NCBI GenBank assembly: GCA_965195285.1
Contig: CBDAFS010000011.1
Span: forward strand, 1 to 64,000
Reading direction: 5' to 3'
DNA length: 64,000 nucleotides
DNA from: an uncultured Aminicenantes bacterium
GTDB taxonomy: Bacteria; Acidobacteriota; Aminicenantia; UBA2199
How positions within the stretch are numbered: position 1 is the stretch's first letter; every line of letters begins with the position of its first letter. Shown in pieces: positions 34,417 to 44,448 of the stretch. The notes beneath the pieces were generated by a model. That model had not been told where the DNA came from, did not search any database, and saw nothing but the letters and a program-made list of their open reading frames with translations. Position numbers and translations under genes: made by a program.

Positions 34417-34445
34417 ACTATACCGAAAATGCAGGTAAAAGTCAA
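34417..34445 (-). promoter_or_regulatory. Sigma70 promoter of the GT2 gene
   Basis: TTGACT-17 nt-TATAGT; ATTGAC...GTCAAT dyad at 34380-34410 just downstream. Confidence 0.55.
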
Positions 34446-34513
34446 TAGTTTCCTCTCTCCAATATTTGAATGGGGTGCCAATTGGCCGTCAGGGCATTGT
34501 TTTTAGCGATGGG

Positions 34514-34855
34514 TTATGAGGTTTTTTCAAATTCCCTTTGACAATCGATGCAGTACTTGGTAAAAGGTAGAATCTGAAGACGCTTAATAGGGATGTTTTG
34601 ATTACAGTTCAGGCATTTCCCATAGGTGTTGTTTTCAATTCGCTTCAGGGCTTCGTCAACATCCATCAAGTTTTTGTGAAAATTTGAAGAAACGGCAAAA
34701 CCGGTCATCTTTTCGATCAGGTTGGTGGCCAGGTCAATTTCATCGGTTGAATATTCCGCTTCGGAATAGTCTTCGTTTGATTCTAGTATTTTATGAAGTT
34801 CGTCTTTCAGTTTCAATAACGCTTTTTTAAATTTTTCAAGATCTTTCTTTTCCAT
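34514..34855 (-). CDS. dksA: DksA/TraR family C4 zinc finger protein
   Basis: DEIDLA coiled-coil tip, YGKCLNC, CIDC. Confidence 0.88.
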   Translation of the reverse strand: MEKKDLEKFKKALLKLKDELHKILESNEDYSEAEYSTDEIDLATNLIEKMTGFAVSSNFHKNLMDVDEALKRIENNTYGKCLNCNQNIPIKRLQILPFTKYCIDCQREFEKTS

Positions 34856-34879
34856 GTGAAATCCTTTTTTTTATGGGTA

Positions 34880-34908
34880 ACTATAGAATGAGTTTTCAAA
34901 AAAGTCAA
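34880..34908 (-). promoter_or_regulatory. Sigma70 promoter of dksA
   Basis: TTGACT-17 nt-TATAGT. Confidence 0.6.
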
Positions 34909-34948
34909 TACTTTTTAAAAAAAAAGCACAAATTATTTTTTAACTTTT

Positions 34949-35758
34949 TTAGAATAAAAATATTTGCAGCGGGGGGATATCATATGGCTGGCTTCCCCTT
35001 GATTTTCCCCTGAAAGAGACCTTCTCGTAATTGGTTTTTCCCCTAGCGGGGATTTGTCTTGAACCCAATGCGGCCAGGATTGAAGCCCCGGTAGGTGTGC
35101 ACAGTTCTTTTTCAATGGGACCCTTTTCCCAGTTTATTCTGTAACTGTCCAGAATAATTCTGGTGGCCGGGGCCGGTATCCCGTGGGTACCATGGGAAAA
35201 ATGGATGTGGCCGCCTCCCACTGAAACCGATTTGGATAAGGTGGCCATGGGATTGATTCTCAGGCTCTGCAGCCCGGTAACCGCTCCGATGATATCCACG
35301 ATGATATCCTGGGCTTCATGGAGAAAGGTGATCTCCGGCTGTGAATGATCGGATGATGGTTTTAAATTGGCAGGGGAATGGTGATGGTCCGCTTGACCAT
35401 GATCATGGATGACAATTTTAAAATCCTTATGGGCTTTTTTTTCAGCCCGGACCAATATTTCCAGGATGCGGTTCCCGAAAAGTCGGTATTCTTTTTCAAT
35501 GTGGAATTGTCGGTACAGTTCATTCAGGTAAACTCCGGCTTCTTCATCACTAAGATGAGGCCGGCTGGAATTCAACTGGATTTTTAACCGGGTACTCCCA
35601 TCTGCGGTCCGGGCTATATCAATGCCGGCGGTTCCCAGTTTTTCCGCAGCTGCCTGCATGACCTGTTTCATGGTTTTCAAATTGGCTCCCGCGGATATGA
35701 GAGCGGCTGAGAACATATCTCCGGCCATTCCACCGGAAGGATCAATGATAAACTTCAT
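34949..35758 (-). CDS. larC: LarC-family nickel insertion protein, N-terminal domain only
   Basis: GMAGDM, AEKKAH, His-rich linker, LHEAQDIIVDI, HGTHGIPAPAT, ELCTPTGA. Confidence 0.82.
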   Translation of the reverse strand: MKFIIDPSGGMAGDMFSAALISAGANLKTMKQVMQAAAEKLGTAGIDIARTADGSTRLKIQLNSSRPHLSDEEAGVYLNELYRQFHIEKEYRLFGNRILEILVRAEKKAHKDFKIVIHDHGQADHHHSPANLKPSSDHSQPEITFLHEAQDIIVDIIGAVTGLQSLRINPMATLSKSVSVGGGHIHFSHGTHGIPAPATRIILDSYRINWEKGPIEKELCTPTGASILAALGSRQIPARGKTNYEKVSFRGKSRGSQPYDIPPLQIFLF

Positions 35759-35776
35759 TTTGTCTTCCGGATGGGG

Positions 35777-37615
35777 TCATTGCTGGATGACGGTTTCAGA
35801 CCGTTTGGATGGGTCGGAAAGAATGAGGATCTTATTGTTTTTCAAATCCAGTTTCAATTGCTTACTCTTGGTTAATCCTTCACTCTGACTTTTGATTTGA
35901 GCGGAACCGGAGAAGATCATCATTTCCTCCGGGTATTTCCAGTTGACCTTTTTAGATGTGCCCTGAATGCCTTCATTGACAAAGTGAACATTTTTTTCAC
36001 CGGTTATGGTTTCCAGTTCGTTCTGGTCGTTGAAGCTGATTTTCAGTAGATCAGCCCTCAGGATACGACTATTATTCTTCATGACTCCCTTACCCTTGAT
36101 GGCGATTACTCTTTTTTTGGGATCAAACCCGATATAATCTCCCCTCAGGTTGATATCATTTTTCTTTTCCTTAAATGTGAGAGACACATTTCCACTGGCA
36201 TTTATCTGGTTTTTTTCTAAAATCTCGAGCTTATCGCTTTTAATGATGGTTTCATTTTGCTGAAGCCGGATGTTGTCTTTATAAACAACCTTGTTCTCGC
36301 GGTTGTAGATTTCAATCACCTTGGCATTTACGAAAATTGAATCAGTGGAAAAAAGGGCATCCTGTCTGTCCGGTTTGATGATTGACTTGATACCCACTTC
36401 AGAGGTCAGGATATCCTTCTGGGTATTGATGATGAAATCACTGGAGATAAACGTATTTTGGTCTTTTTTAATTTCGGATTTTTCACCGGTCAGGTGGATA
36501 ATATTTTTTTGTACATCATGAGTCATTTTTTTGCTATGACCGTGGTATTCATCAATTTTGAAAACACAATTTCTTAGGGCTTCCCCGTAAATAATATCGG
36601 CATTCCTGAATTTTAAAAAGATTTTGTGGGCTGATATGTTAAAGTTCGATCTGCCCGTGCTCTTGACTTTACCGCCCGGAGAGATTCTGGCTTCGAACAT
36701 CTGCCCGGTTTCCGGATTGAATTTCATTTTTACGAAAGGGGAGGTGATTTCAGTATGATTCTGTTTGCTCTTCAGGTCTATCCGGGTGTTTTTTCGTGCC
36801 ACGGCCATTCTCAATTTTCCTTTCTGGTTGAAAAAGCTCTCCAGGGAATTTGATTTGAGTTCCATGGTTTCATTTTTAGCCGGGTCTTTACGATAGAGGG
36901 TGCTGTTCTTTTGAGAGGATGAACGTTTGATTTGCTTGAAATCCTTGGTGAAGCTCAAGACCAGGCGGTCGCTTGTCAGCAGGGTTTTTTCCCCTTTGAT
37001 TTCGGTATTGGTCTCGAACACCACGGTATTGCTCTTGTCAATGATCCACAATTCATCGGTCTGATAGAGGAATTGTTGCCCCTCACTGGAGTAGGTCCCC
37101 TGAGTATCGAATAATTTGATGACATTTACCTTAACATAATACTCCATGCCTTTCTGGGCAATACCCTTTAAATTCTTGGCCTGATAGTCGACAACCGCCT
37201 GGGTGAATAACTTATGCTTGGATTTGATGGTGAAATTTTCACAGGAAATATCCAGGTCATTCGAGATGATTTTGACATTTTGATCCAGAAAAAACGAATT
37301 GATATTGGAAGTGGCATATCCCCGGTCACCGGAAACATAGATTTCCTGGTCCAGTTTTCCCTTTTTAAAGATAGTAGCCCTGATATTTTTCATCAGGGTC
37401 ATATCTTTATCCTGCTGCTGGGATTCCGAGCAGGTGACTTCAATACTCTTCTCGTTGTGTTTATTGAAAGCCACATATTTCATCTCAATTCCGTCGGGTT
37501 CGTAATCGGTGAGGGAATCTGTTCTTTTCCGGGGTTGAAATTCTGCAAAAATAGTATACAGCAGAACCACAAACAGCAGCAAAACGAAAATCTTGAACAG
37601 GGTTTTGTATTTCAT
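35777..37615 (-). CDS. LptC/LptA (OstA beta-jellyroll) multidomain LPS transport protein
   Basis: N-terminal TM anchor followed by a long beta-rich jellyroll-type periplasmic region. Confidence 0.72.
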   Translation of the reverse strand: MKYKTLFKIFVLLLFVVLLYTIFAEFQPRKRTDSLTDYEPDGIEMKYVAFNKHNEKSIEVTCSESQQQDKDMTLMKNIRATIFKKGKLDQEIYVSGDRGYATSNINSFFLDQNVKIISNDLDISCENFTIKSKHKLFTQAVVDYQAKNLKGIAQKGMEYYVKVNVIKLFDTQGTYSSEGQQFLYQTDELWIIDKSNTVVFETNTEIKGEKTLLTSDRLVLSFTKDFKQIKRSSSQKNSTLYRKDPAKNETMELKSNSLESFFNQKGKLRMAVARKNTRIDLKSKQNHTEITSPFVKMKFNPETGQMFEARISPGGKVKSTGRSNFNISAHKIFLKFRNADIIYGEALRNCVFKIDEYHGHSKKMTHDVQKNIIHLTGEKSEIKKDQNTFISSDFIINTQKDILTSEVGIKSIIKPDRQDALFSTDSIFVNAKVIEIYNRENKVVYKDNIRLQQNETIIKSDKLEILEKNQINASGNVSLTFKEKKNDINLRGDYIGFDPKKRVIAIKGKGVMKNNSRILRADLLKISFNDQNELETITGEKNVHFVNEGIQGTSKKVNWKYPEEMMIFSGSAQIKSQSEGLTKSKQLKLDLKNNKILILSDPSKRSETVIQQ

Positions 37616-37648
37616 CAGAACTTAATGTATCCTTATGTTTTTGGGTAG

Positions 37649-37677
37649 ATTTTACTTGGTTTTAAGGTTGATGTCAA
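37649..37677 (-). promoter_or_regulatory. Sigma70 promoter of lptC/A-larC
   Basis: TTGACA-17 nt-TAAAAT. Confidence 0.65.
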
Positions 37678-37762
37678 TGAAGGCCTCTGTCAGGACCGGC
37701 TTGATCCGGTTTCAGAAATTCACCGGGGCTTAATAAGGGTGGCGTTTGTCGGTTGGTAGATA

Positions 37763-37791
37763 TTGATTTTGGCAGTCTTTTCAAGTAAAAT
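37763..37791 (+). promoter_or_regulatory. Sigma70 promoter of lepB, probably leaderless
   Basis: TTGATT-17 nt-TAAAAT, 5 nt before ATG, no SD. Confidence 0.6.
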
Positions 37792-37796
37792 ACTAA

Positions 37797-38522
37797 ATGA
37801 TTAAAAAATTAATTGAAAAACGGAAGGAAAAAAAGAGACTCATCCGGGAACGTAGAAAGGAAATAGGGATCTTCCGGGAATACTTCGAACTTTTTGCGGA
37901 AGTACTGATTTATGTATTTTTTGTCATGACTTTCCTGCTTCAATCTTTTGTGATTCCCACCGGTTCCATGGAAGATACCCTGCTGATCGGAGATCATCTG
38001 TTGGTTGATAAGGTATCCTATTCTCGTTCACTCGGATCCGTGGACAGCCTGGTCTTTCCCCAGCAGGAAATCAAAAGAGGCATGATTGTGACCTTTAAGT
38101 CACCGGCGGAAATGGACAAGGAATATGTCAAGCGGGTCATTGGTTTACCGGGCGAAACCATTAAAATCATTGATAAAAAAGTGTATATTAATAATGAGCT
38201 TTTGGAAGAATCCTATACCTTTTTTAAGGATTCAGATATGCTCAACAGCTACCGGGATAATTTCCCTGAATACCGGATTCCAGCCAGCCAGTATTTTTGC
38301 ATGGGAGATAATCGGGACAATAGTTTTGATTCCCGGTTCTGGGGGCCGGTTCACCAGGATTTAATCATCGGCAAGCCCTGGCGAATATACTGGTCCTATG
38401 AATCTTCAACCAAGGAATACCTGACCACTGGAGTTCTTCATAAAATCAAAGACATATTCCAGACCATTATTCATTTTTTTCCCAAAACCCGATGGGAAAG
38501 GACGGTTAAAAAGATCAAATAA
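37797..38522 (+). CDS. lepB: Signal peptidase I
   Basis: IPTGSMEDTL, YVKRVIGLPG, GDNRDNSFDSRFWG. Confidence 0.97.
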   Translation: MIKKLIEKRKEKKRLIRERRKEIGIFREYFELFAEVLIYVFFVMTFLLQSFVIPTGSMEDTLLIGDHLLVDKVSYSRSLGSVDSLVFPQQEIKRGMIVTFKSPAEMDKEYVKRVIGLPGETIKIIDKKVYINNELLEESYTFFKDSDMLNSYRDNFPEYRIPASQYFCMGDNRDNSFDSRFWGPVHQDLIIGKPWRIYWSYESSTKEYLTTGVLHKIKDIFQTIIHFFPKTRWERTVKKIK

Positions 38523-38595
38523 AAATTCGGGTCCGAGACGTTGGGGATTGAAGAAATTTCTGATTTATATATAATATATTCAAGGAGAAATATTC

Positions 38596-39573
38596 ATGGC
38601 TAAACGGGTATTGATAACCGGTATTACCGGACAGGACGGTTCTTATCTGGCTGATTTTCTACTGGGAAAGGGGTATGATGTGTTTGGCATGGTCAGGCGT
38701 TCCAGCATGGAAAAATTTGACCGGATAGAGCATATCAAGGATGAAATTACCATCAAGCAGGCGGATCTTCTGGACCAGTACTCTTTGATAAAAATAATCG
38801 AAGACATTAAGCCTGAAGAAATCTACAACCTTGCGGCCATGAGTTTTGTGCCCACATCCTGGAATCAACCCGTATTAACCGCTCAATTTACGGCTATCGG
38901 TGTGACCCGGGTACTGGAGGCCATCCGGGCCATCAATCCCAAAATTAAATTTTACCAGGCTTCATCCTCGGAAATGTTTGGCAAGGTCAAGTCAATTCCC
39001 CAGAATGAAAAGACGCCCTTTCACCCCCGCAGTCCCTACGGGGTGGCTAAGGTATACGGTCACTGGATTACAGTCAACTATCGGGAAAGCTATGATATTT
39101 TTGCCGCATCCGGTATCCTGTTCAATCATGAATCACCCAGGAGGGGAATTGAATTCGTCACCCGAAAAATCACTTACAATGCAGCCAAAATAAAACTGGG
39201 GCTTTTGAAGGAATTGCCCCTGGGCAACCTTGAAGCCAAGCGAGACTGGGGCTATGCCGGTGATTTTGTGCGGGCCATGTGGTTGATGTTGCAGCATGAT
39301 ACTCCCGAAGATTTTGTGATTTCTACCGGAGAGACCCATTCGGTACGGGAACTGGTAGAAATTGCTTTTTCCCGGCTGGATCTGGATTATAATGAATATG
39401 TCATCCTGGATAAACAATTCATGAGACCGGCAGAAGTGGATCTTTTGATCGGGGATTCCTCTAAAGCCAAGGAAAAACTGGGCTGGGAACCCACTGTTGG
39501 TTTTCGACAGTTGATTGAGATGATGGTGGATTCGGATATAGAACTGATCAAAGAGGAATATGACCTGAAGTGA
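38596..39573 (+). CDS. gmd: GDP-mannose 4,6-dehydratase
   Basis: [39 protein letters not shown]. Confidence 0.97.
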   Translation: MAKRVLITGITGQDGSYLADFLLGKGYDVFGMVRRSSMEKFDRIEHIKDEITIKQADLLDQYSLIKIIEDIKPEEIYNLAAMSFVPTSWNQPVLTAQFTAIGVTRVLEAIRAINPKIKFYQASSSEMFGKVKSIPQNEKTPFHPRSPYGVAKVYGHWITVNYRESYDIFAASGILFNHESPRRGIEFVTRKITYNAAKIKLGLLKELPLGNLEAKRDWGYAGDFVRAMWLMLQHDTPEDFVISTGETHSVRELVEIAFSRLDLDYNEYVILDKQFMRPAEVDLLIGDSSKAKEKLGWEPTVGFRQLIEMMVDSDIELIKEEYDLK

Positions 39574-39626
39574 TTTTCATCATGATGTTTACTTTTTTTA
39601 TTAAACGTTAGGCCATTAATTATTGC

Positions 39627-40484
39627 ATGAACATTGTCTTATCCGAATTTCTAAGTTATTGTTTTGGGGTTAGACGGACTTTAAATCTGGTAAATAAACT
39701 GTTGGCGGCGAGGCAAAAAGGGAATTATTATATGCTGGGAGAAATCGTACACAATGAGCATGTCATTGCCGACCTGAAGCAAAAGGGATTAAAAATTGTA
39801 AGCCAACCGGAGCAGGTCAGGGATAAGGGAACTGTTATTATTCAGAGTCACGGTACTTCTCTGCAGGCCATTCGCCTTTTGAAAAGCCGGGGGATTCCGT
39901 TTATCGATGCTACCTGTCCGATGGTTAAAATCATCCATCAGCATATCAGAGACCTGGAGGAAGCCGGCTATTATCCTGTGGTCATTGGCAAAAAAGGCCA
40001 TGACGAAGTAGAGGGAATTGTCGGTCAGGTCAGAGAAGCCTTGATTGTTGGTGAGGTGTCTGATGTCACCGCGGAAAAATTCAAAGGGCTCACCCGGGTG
40101 GGTGTGGTTATTCAATCCACCTTTATCCGGGAAAAAGCCTTGAGCATCAGGGATGAAATCCGGAAATGGGTGGCAGATATCAAGCTGATTGATACTATCT
40201 GTGCTCCCACCATTTCCCGTCAGCAGGAAATCCGGGAAAAGGCCGGTCAGCATGATTGTATTTTGATCATTGGCAGCTGTTCCAGTGCCAATACCAACCA
40301 TCTATATCAATTGGCCAGGAAGGAAAAGGATTGTGTATACCTGATCGATTCACCGGCACAAATCGGGTCTATTGCCCTGCCGGACCGGGGATCAATTTTT
40401 ATTGCCTCCGGCGCATCAACGCCGGAGTATTTGATTGATGAGATCATATCATTACTTGAAAAAAGAATAATTTCTAATACATAA
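39627..40484 (+). CDS. ispH: 4-hydroxy-3-methylbut-2-enyl diphosphate reductase
   Basis: YCFGV, IVHN, SHG, DATCP, HDEV, TICAPT, SANT, GASTP. Confidence 0.95.
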   Translation: MNIVLSEFLSYCFGVRRTLNLVNKLLAARQKGNYYMLGEIVHNEHVIADLKQKGLKIVSQPEQVRDKGTVIIQSHGTSLQAIRLLKSRGIPFIDATCPMVKIIHQHIRDLEEAGYYPVVIGKKGHDEVEGIVGQVREALIVGEVSDVTAEKFKGLTRVGVVIQSTFIREKALSIRDEIRKWVADIKLIDTICAPTISRQQEIREKAGQHDCILIIGSCSSANTNHLYQLARKEKDCVYLIDSPAQIGSIALPDRGSIFIASGASTPEYLIDEIISLLEKRIISNT

Positions 40485-40530
40485 TCGGCCTGGTTATCTG
40501 GTACAATCCTGAAGTCGTCCCCACCGCTTT

Positions 40531-41610
40531 TCAGTGCAGGTTGAATTCGGTTTTGAGCTGGTGGTGCAGCCGACGCCGGTACCGGTTAAAATTAATGGAG
40601 CGGACCCGGGGGTGAATCTGGTTGCTCAGGAGGATGTATGTGCTCTGGGTTTCGGGTTCCAGCCAGACCGAAGTTCCGGTAAATCCACTGTGACCGATGG
40701 CAAAGGGAGATATTGTTTTCCCCCCGGAAGAAATCAGGGAAGTATTCAGCTTGAAACCCAGGCTGCGGTGGCTTTTTTCACCGGGGGTGAAGTTCTTCCG
40801 GAAAAGCTTGAGGATTGGGGAATTTAAAATGGTGGCGGTTTCCGGAAAAAATTCCAGGGTCAACCGGAACAGGTCGCCTGTGGTGGAAAAAAGCCCTGAA
40901 TTCCCTGCAGTTCCTCCCAGATGATAGGCGTTCAGATCATGGGTATCCCCGCGGATAATACCATCTTTCCAATCGAAAGCCCGGGACCCGGCCCGGTCTA
41001 TTTTGGTGGCCAACCGCTTCTCATAATGATTGCCTTTTTCAGTGGGAGCGGCTTTAATTTTCAAGTTTTCCGGAACCTTCAGGTAGGTATGTCGAAGATT
41101 CAGTTCATCAAAGATTATTTCCCCGGCCAGTTCGGGAAAACGCCTGCCACTGACTTTTTCGATTAAATAATATAATAATATATAGCCCGGGCAGGAGTAA
41201 TTGACCTTTTTACCGGGAGCTGATTCCAGCGACAGGGAATTCAATTGAATCCGGTAGTCAGCCGGGTACAGAAAAAAAGGAAACCAGGCCGGGAATCCGG
41301 ACGTATGGGTTAGCAATTGAAGTACGTTGATCGAGTAAGGGAAATCCGGGAAAACTTTTTTTATTTCTGTATCCAGGCGTATTATTTTTTTTTCAATCAG
41401 GTAGGCGATCAGAAAGGAGGTGACCAGGGGTTTGGTCAGCGAGGCGGTATCATACAGGGTATGCTCTTGGAGTTTTTCCCTCTCAGGTATAATCGATTTA
41501 TACCCATAGTGATGCTGGAGTAAAATCTGGTCCCGGCGGGCAACCAGAACAGACATGCCAGGCATGATTTTTTTTTTGATCAGAGATTGAATGAGTGGTT
41601 CAAATTTCAA
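40531..41610 (-). CDS. Beta-lactamase-family serine hydrolase (probable TTG start at 41610)
   Basis: SLTK, LLTHTSG, YSC, GHSGFTG motifs. Confidence 0.88.
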   Translation of the reverse strand: MKFEPLIQSLIKKKIMPGMSVLVARRDQILLQHHYGYKSIIPEREKLQEHTLYDTASLTKPLVTSFLIAYLIEKKIIRLDTEIKKVFPDFPYSINVLQLLTHTSGFPAWFPFFLYPADYRIQLNSLSLESAPGKKVNYSCPGYILLYYLIEKVSGRRFPELAGEIIFDELNLRHTYLKVPENLKIKAAPTEKGNHYEKRLATKIDRAGSRAFDWKDGIIRGDTHDLNAYHLGGTAGNSGLFSTTGDLFRLTLEFFPETATILNSPILKLFRKNFTPGEKSHRSLGFKLNTSLISSGGKTISPFAIGHSGFTGTSVWLEPETQSTYILLSNQIHPRVRSINFNRYRRRLHHQLKTEFNLH

Positions 41611-42514
41611 TGGACTTGGTATTCTCCAGTATTCGGAGGGCAATCTCGAGGGCGTGTTTGGCTTCTTCGGCAGTCACATTTTCATTCGGTACGGAAGTCA
41701 TTGATTTATGGAAATTGTTCCACAGGGTAAACAGTGGTTCCACCGATTGGATTTCCGGTATCTCTTCAGTGATTTGACCTTGATTCAGGCCATAGATCTT
41801 GACCCTCTGTTTCTTATAATCAATGGAAAAGTATTTATTCTTTTGAAAAACTCTCAATTTCCTGGTTTTTTTCTGAGAAACCCGGCTGGCGGTCAGATTG
41901 GCCACCAGACCCGAATTGAATTCGAGTCGGACATTGGCAATGTCAATTTTTTTTGAAATGATGGGGATTCCCGAGGCATTGATATTTTTAATATTGGATT
42001 GATCCCACTGCAGAATGATGTCAATATCATGGATCATCAGATCCAGAATGACATCAACATCCAGAGAGCGGGGGGAAAATGATCCCAGTCTCTGAACTTC
42101 TATGAACAGGGGCTTTTTGATTAAATGTTTAATGTGAACAACGGCCGGATTGAAACGCTCGGGATGGCCGGCTGCCAGAATCAGGTTTTCCCGCTGTGAG
42201 ATGCCAATCAATTCATTAACTTGGGAAATGGTCTGGGTGATGGGCTTTTCGATAAGCACATGCTTTTTATTTTCCAGAAAGAATTTACCGATTTGAAAAT
42301 GGCTTTCGGTGGGGGTGGATATCATGACCGCATCGACCAGATCCAATATTTTGCCGTAATCGCTGAATTTTTTTATGGGATAGGGCTGGCAGGCGATTTC
42401 CAGGTTATCCCGGTTCGTGTCCGCAGCGCAGGTTAGTTGAAGCTCCCGCAAGTTGTTGACCACCCGGAGGTGATTGTTGCCCATGGCACCGGTTCCCACG
42501 ATTCCGATTCTCAT
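41600..42514 (-). CDS. gnnA: Gfo/Idh/MocA oxidoreductase, probable UDP-GlcNAc 3-dehydrogenase GnnA
   Basis: GTGAMG, IEKPI, GHPERFNP, DLMIHDID; directly downstream of lpxA. Confidence 0.72.
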   Translation of the reverse strand: MRIGIVGTGAMGNNHLRVVNNLRELQLTCAADTNRDNLEIACQPYPIKKFSDYGKILDLVDAVMISTPTESHFQIGKFFLENKKHVLIEKPITQTISQVNELIGISQRENLILAAGHPERFNPAVVHIKHLIKKPLFIEVQRLGSFSPRSLDVDVILDLMIHDIDIILQWDQSNIKNINASGIPIISKKIDIANVRLEFNSGLVANLTASRVSQKKTRKLRVFQKNKYFSIDYKKQRVKIYGLNQGQITEEIPEIQSVEPLFTLWNNFHKSMTSVPNENVTAEEAKHALEIALRILENTKSIEI

Positions 42515-42600
42515 TGACGGATCACTCCTGTTTATCGAATTCGAGTACCCGGTGCTGGTGGGATAATTCCGGCTGCTGGGAAGCCTGAGTTTTTATTAGG

Positions 42601-43407
42601 TTAGACATTGAATTTAAAATTTTTAAAAATTCCCCTTTTGGTTTTGGCAATAAAATCAAGAATGATCAGTGATTCCTCGGAATTTTTAAAATCTATCTTT
42701 AATTTTTCAATTGCCTGGGTGGTATTCAGACCCGAATGAAATATGATATCGAACATATCCTTGATCTTATTGATAAAATCACGGCTGATCCCGTTGCGCA
42801 TCATTCCAATAGAATTGGTTCCGTAAAAATTGTAGTAATCCCGGGACTGGGATACTTTGGCAAAGGGCAATATATCCTGGAGAACCACACTGTATCCACC
42901 GATATAGGCATTTCTACCGATTCTGACGAATTGATGAACTGATGAAAATGCCCCGATAACGACTGAATCCTCAACTTCCACATGACCGGCCAGGGTGGCA
43001 CCGTTTATGAAAATGACCCCGTTCCCCACCTTACAGTCATGGGCAATATGGGTATAGACCATCAGATAATTATGGTTTCCGATCGAGGTAACCTGGCCTC
43101 CCTTTTGAGTACCCCGGTTAATGGTGGTAAATTCCCGGATGATGTTATGGCTTCCCATCTCAACCCAGGTGTCTTCGCCTTTAAAGGTGATGTCCTGGGG
43201 TTCGGTCCCGATCGAGCAGAAAGGGTATATTTTGCAGTTTTCACCAATCCGAGTATTCCGGTCAATAACGGAATGATGCATGATGACCCCGTTGTCCCCG
43301 ATGGTCACCTGGTCTCCGATAATGGAATAGGGCCCCACGGTAATATTGTTGCCAAGTTCAGCTTTTTTGCTGATAATAGCCGTGGGTGAGATTTGTGAAG
43401 GACTCAT
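42601..43407 (-). CDS. lpxA: Acyl-ACP--UDP-N-acetylglucosamine O-acyltransferase
   Basis: Hexapeptide repeats, PQD, IREFTTINRGT, HIAHDC, LAGHV, VHQF. Confidence 0.97.
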   Translation of the reverse strand: MSPSQISPTAIISKKAELGNNITVGPYSIIGDQVTIGDNGVIMHHSVIDRNTRIGENCKIYPFCSIGTEPQDITFKGEDTWVEMGSHNIIREFTTINRGTQKGGQVTSIGNHNYLMVYTHIAHDCKVGNGVIFINGATLAGHVEVEDSVVIGAFSSVHQFVRIGRNAYIGGYSVVLQDILPFAKVSQSRDYYNFYGTNSIGMMRNGISRDFINKIKDMFDIIFHSGLNTTQAIEKLKIDFKNSEESLIILDFIAKTKRGIFKNFKFNV

Positions 43408-43838
43408 TTGGCTAGGATTGACATCATGGTGGCTTCCGCTGCTTTTTCTCCATCCACAAATGCTTTTCCTTCCATGATTACTAAATTTCCCCTGTCCTTA
43501 ATGACTCTGGATTCCATTTCCAGCCGGTCACCCGGCACCACTACCCGCTTAAAACGAGCCTTGTCAATTCCAGCAAAATAGGCCATTCTCTGGTCTTCGG
43601 GGAACCGTCTTAAAATCAGAATGGCTCCCAGCTGGGCCATGGCCTCGATAATCAATACCCCCGGAAACACCGGGTTCTGGGGAAAGTGACCTTGAAACAG
43701 TGATTCGTTTATGGAAATGTTTTTATACCCCTTGATCGATTCTATGCCGTTGATCTCGGTTACCCGGTCAATCAGCAGAAACGGGTATCTATGGGGGATG
43801 ATCTTCTGGATGGCTGCAATATCTTGAATTTCATCCAT
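43404..43838 (-). CDS. fabZ: 3-hydroxyacyl-ACP dehydratase (start at MDEIQ)
   Basis: IPHRYPFLLID, FQGHFP, PGVLIIEAMAQ. Confidence 0.97.
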   Translation of the reverse strand: MDEIQDIAAIQKIIPHRYPFLLIDRVTEINGIESIKGYKNISINESLFQGHFPQNPVFPGVLIIEAMAQLGAILILRRFPEDQRMAYFAGIDKARFKRVVVPGDRLEMESRVIKDRGNLVIMEGKAFVDGEKAAEATMMSILAK

Positions 43839-43845
43839 AATGTGT

Positions 43846-44358
43846 TTATTTTTTTTGACCGTATTTTTTATCGTAAGCGGCAATGACTTCATTAGTGACA
43901 TCAATGGTATTGTCAAAATAGGCAATTCCGGAGGTTGTCAAATCGAGAATTAAGGTGAATCCCCTTTCCTTTCCGATTTTTTCGATTACAGGCATGATCT
44001 CTTGGCGCAGACCTGATAACTCTTTGGCAGATTTCTGCTGCATTTCCCTTTGAGCATCCTCAACATACCGTTTTAAATAGGTGCGTTTTTGCTGGAGATC
44101 CAGATTTTTCTTGTCCCGGGTCTGGTTATTTAAGGCCGGTGAATTGAGTTCATTTTCCAGTTTTTTAATTTGCTCTCTCATATTTTCGACTTCCTTCTGC
44201 TTTTTTCGACCTAATTTCTCAAGCCTGGCAGTGATTTCCTTACCTTTAGCGGTTTGTTGGATGACCTTCTGGGCATTGATCACGCCGATTTTAACTTCTG
44301 AAAACACCAGTAAACTGAAACTGAGCAAGATGAGGGTTAAAATTAATTTTTTCTTCAT
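43846..44358 (-). CDS. skp: OmpH/Skp periplasmic chaperone
   Basis: Signal peptide, KIGVIN, coiled coil, IDVTNEVI; between bamA and fabZ. Confidence 0.92.
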   Translation of the reverse strand: MKKKLILTLILLSFSLLVFSEVKIGVINAQKVIQQTAKGKEITARLEKLGRKKQKEVENMREQIKKLENELNSPALNNQTRDKKNLDLQQKRTYLKRYVEDAQREMQQKSAKELSGLRQEIMPVIEKIGKERGFTLILDLTTSGIAYFDNTIDVTNEVIAAYDKKYGQKK

Positions 44359-44368
44359 TTTTTCTCCT

Positions 44369-44393
44369 TAAAATGGTGAAAACCACCATTTTA
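44369..44393. repeat. 10-bp perfect inverted repeat abutting the skp RBS
   Basis: TAAAATGGTG-AAAAC-CACCATTTTA. Confidence 0.5.
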
Positions 44394-44448
44394 TGTTATT
44401 CTTCATATTATATATTTTTTGTCGACATATTACCATTTTTGGCGCCAA

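Noticed and set aside
34856-34960. Programmed frameshift into a LarC2 domain
   Set aside because: Only about 90 nt of AT-rich promoter DNA separates the stop from dksA.
43839-43925. N-terminal extension of fabZ
   Set aside because: It overlaps skp; homology begins at MDEIQ.
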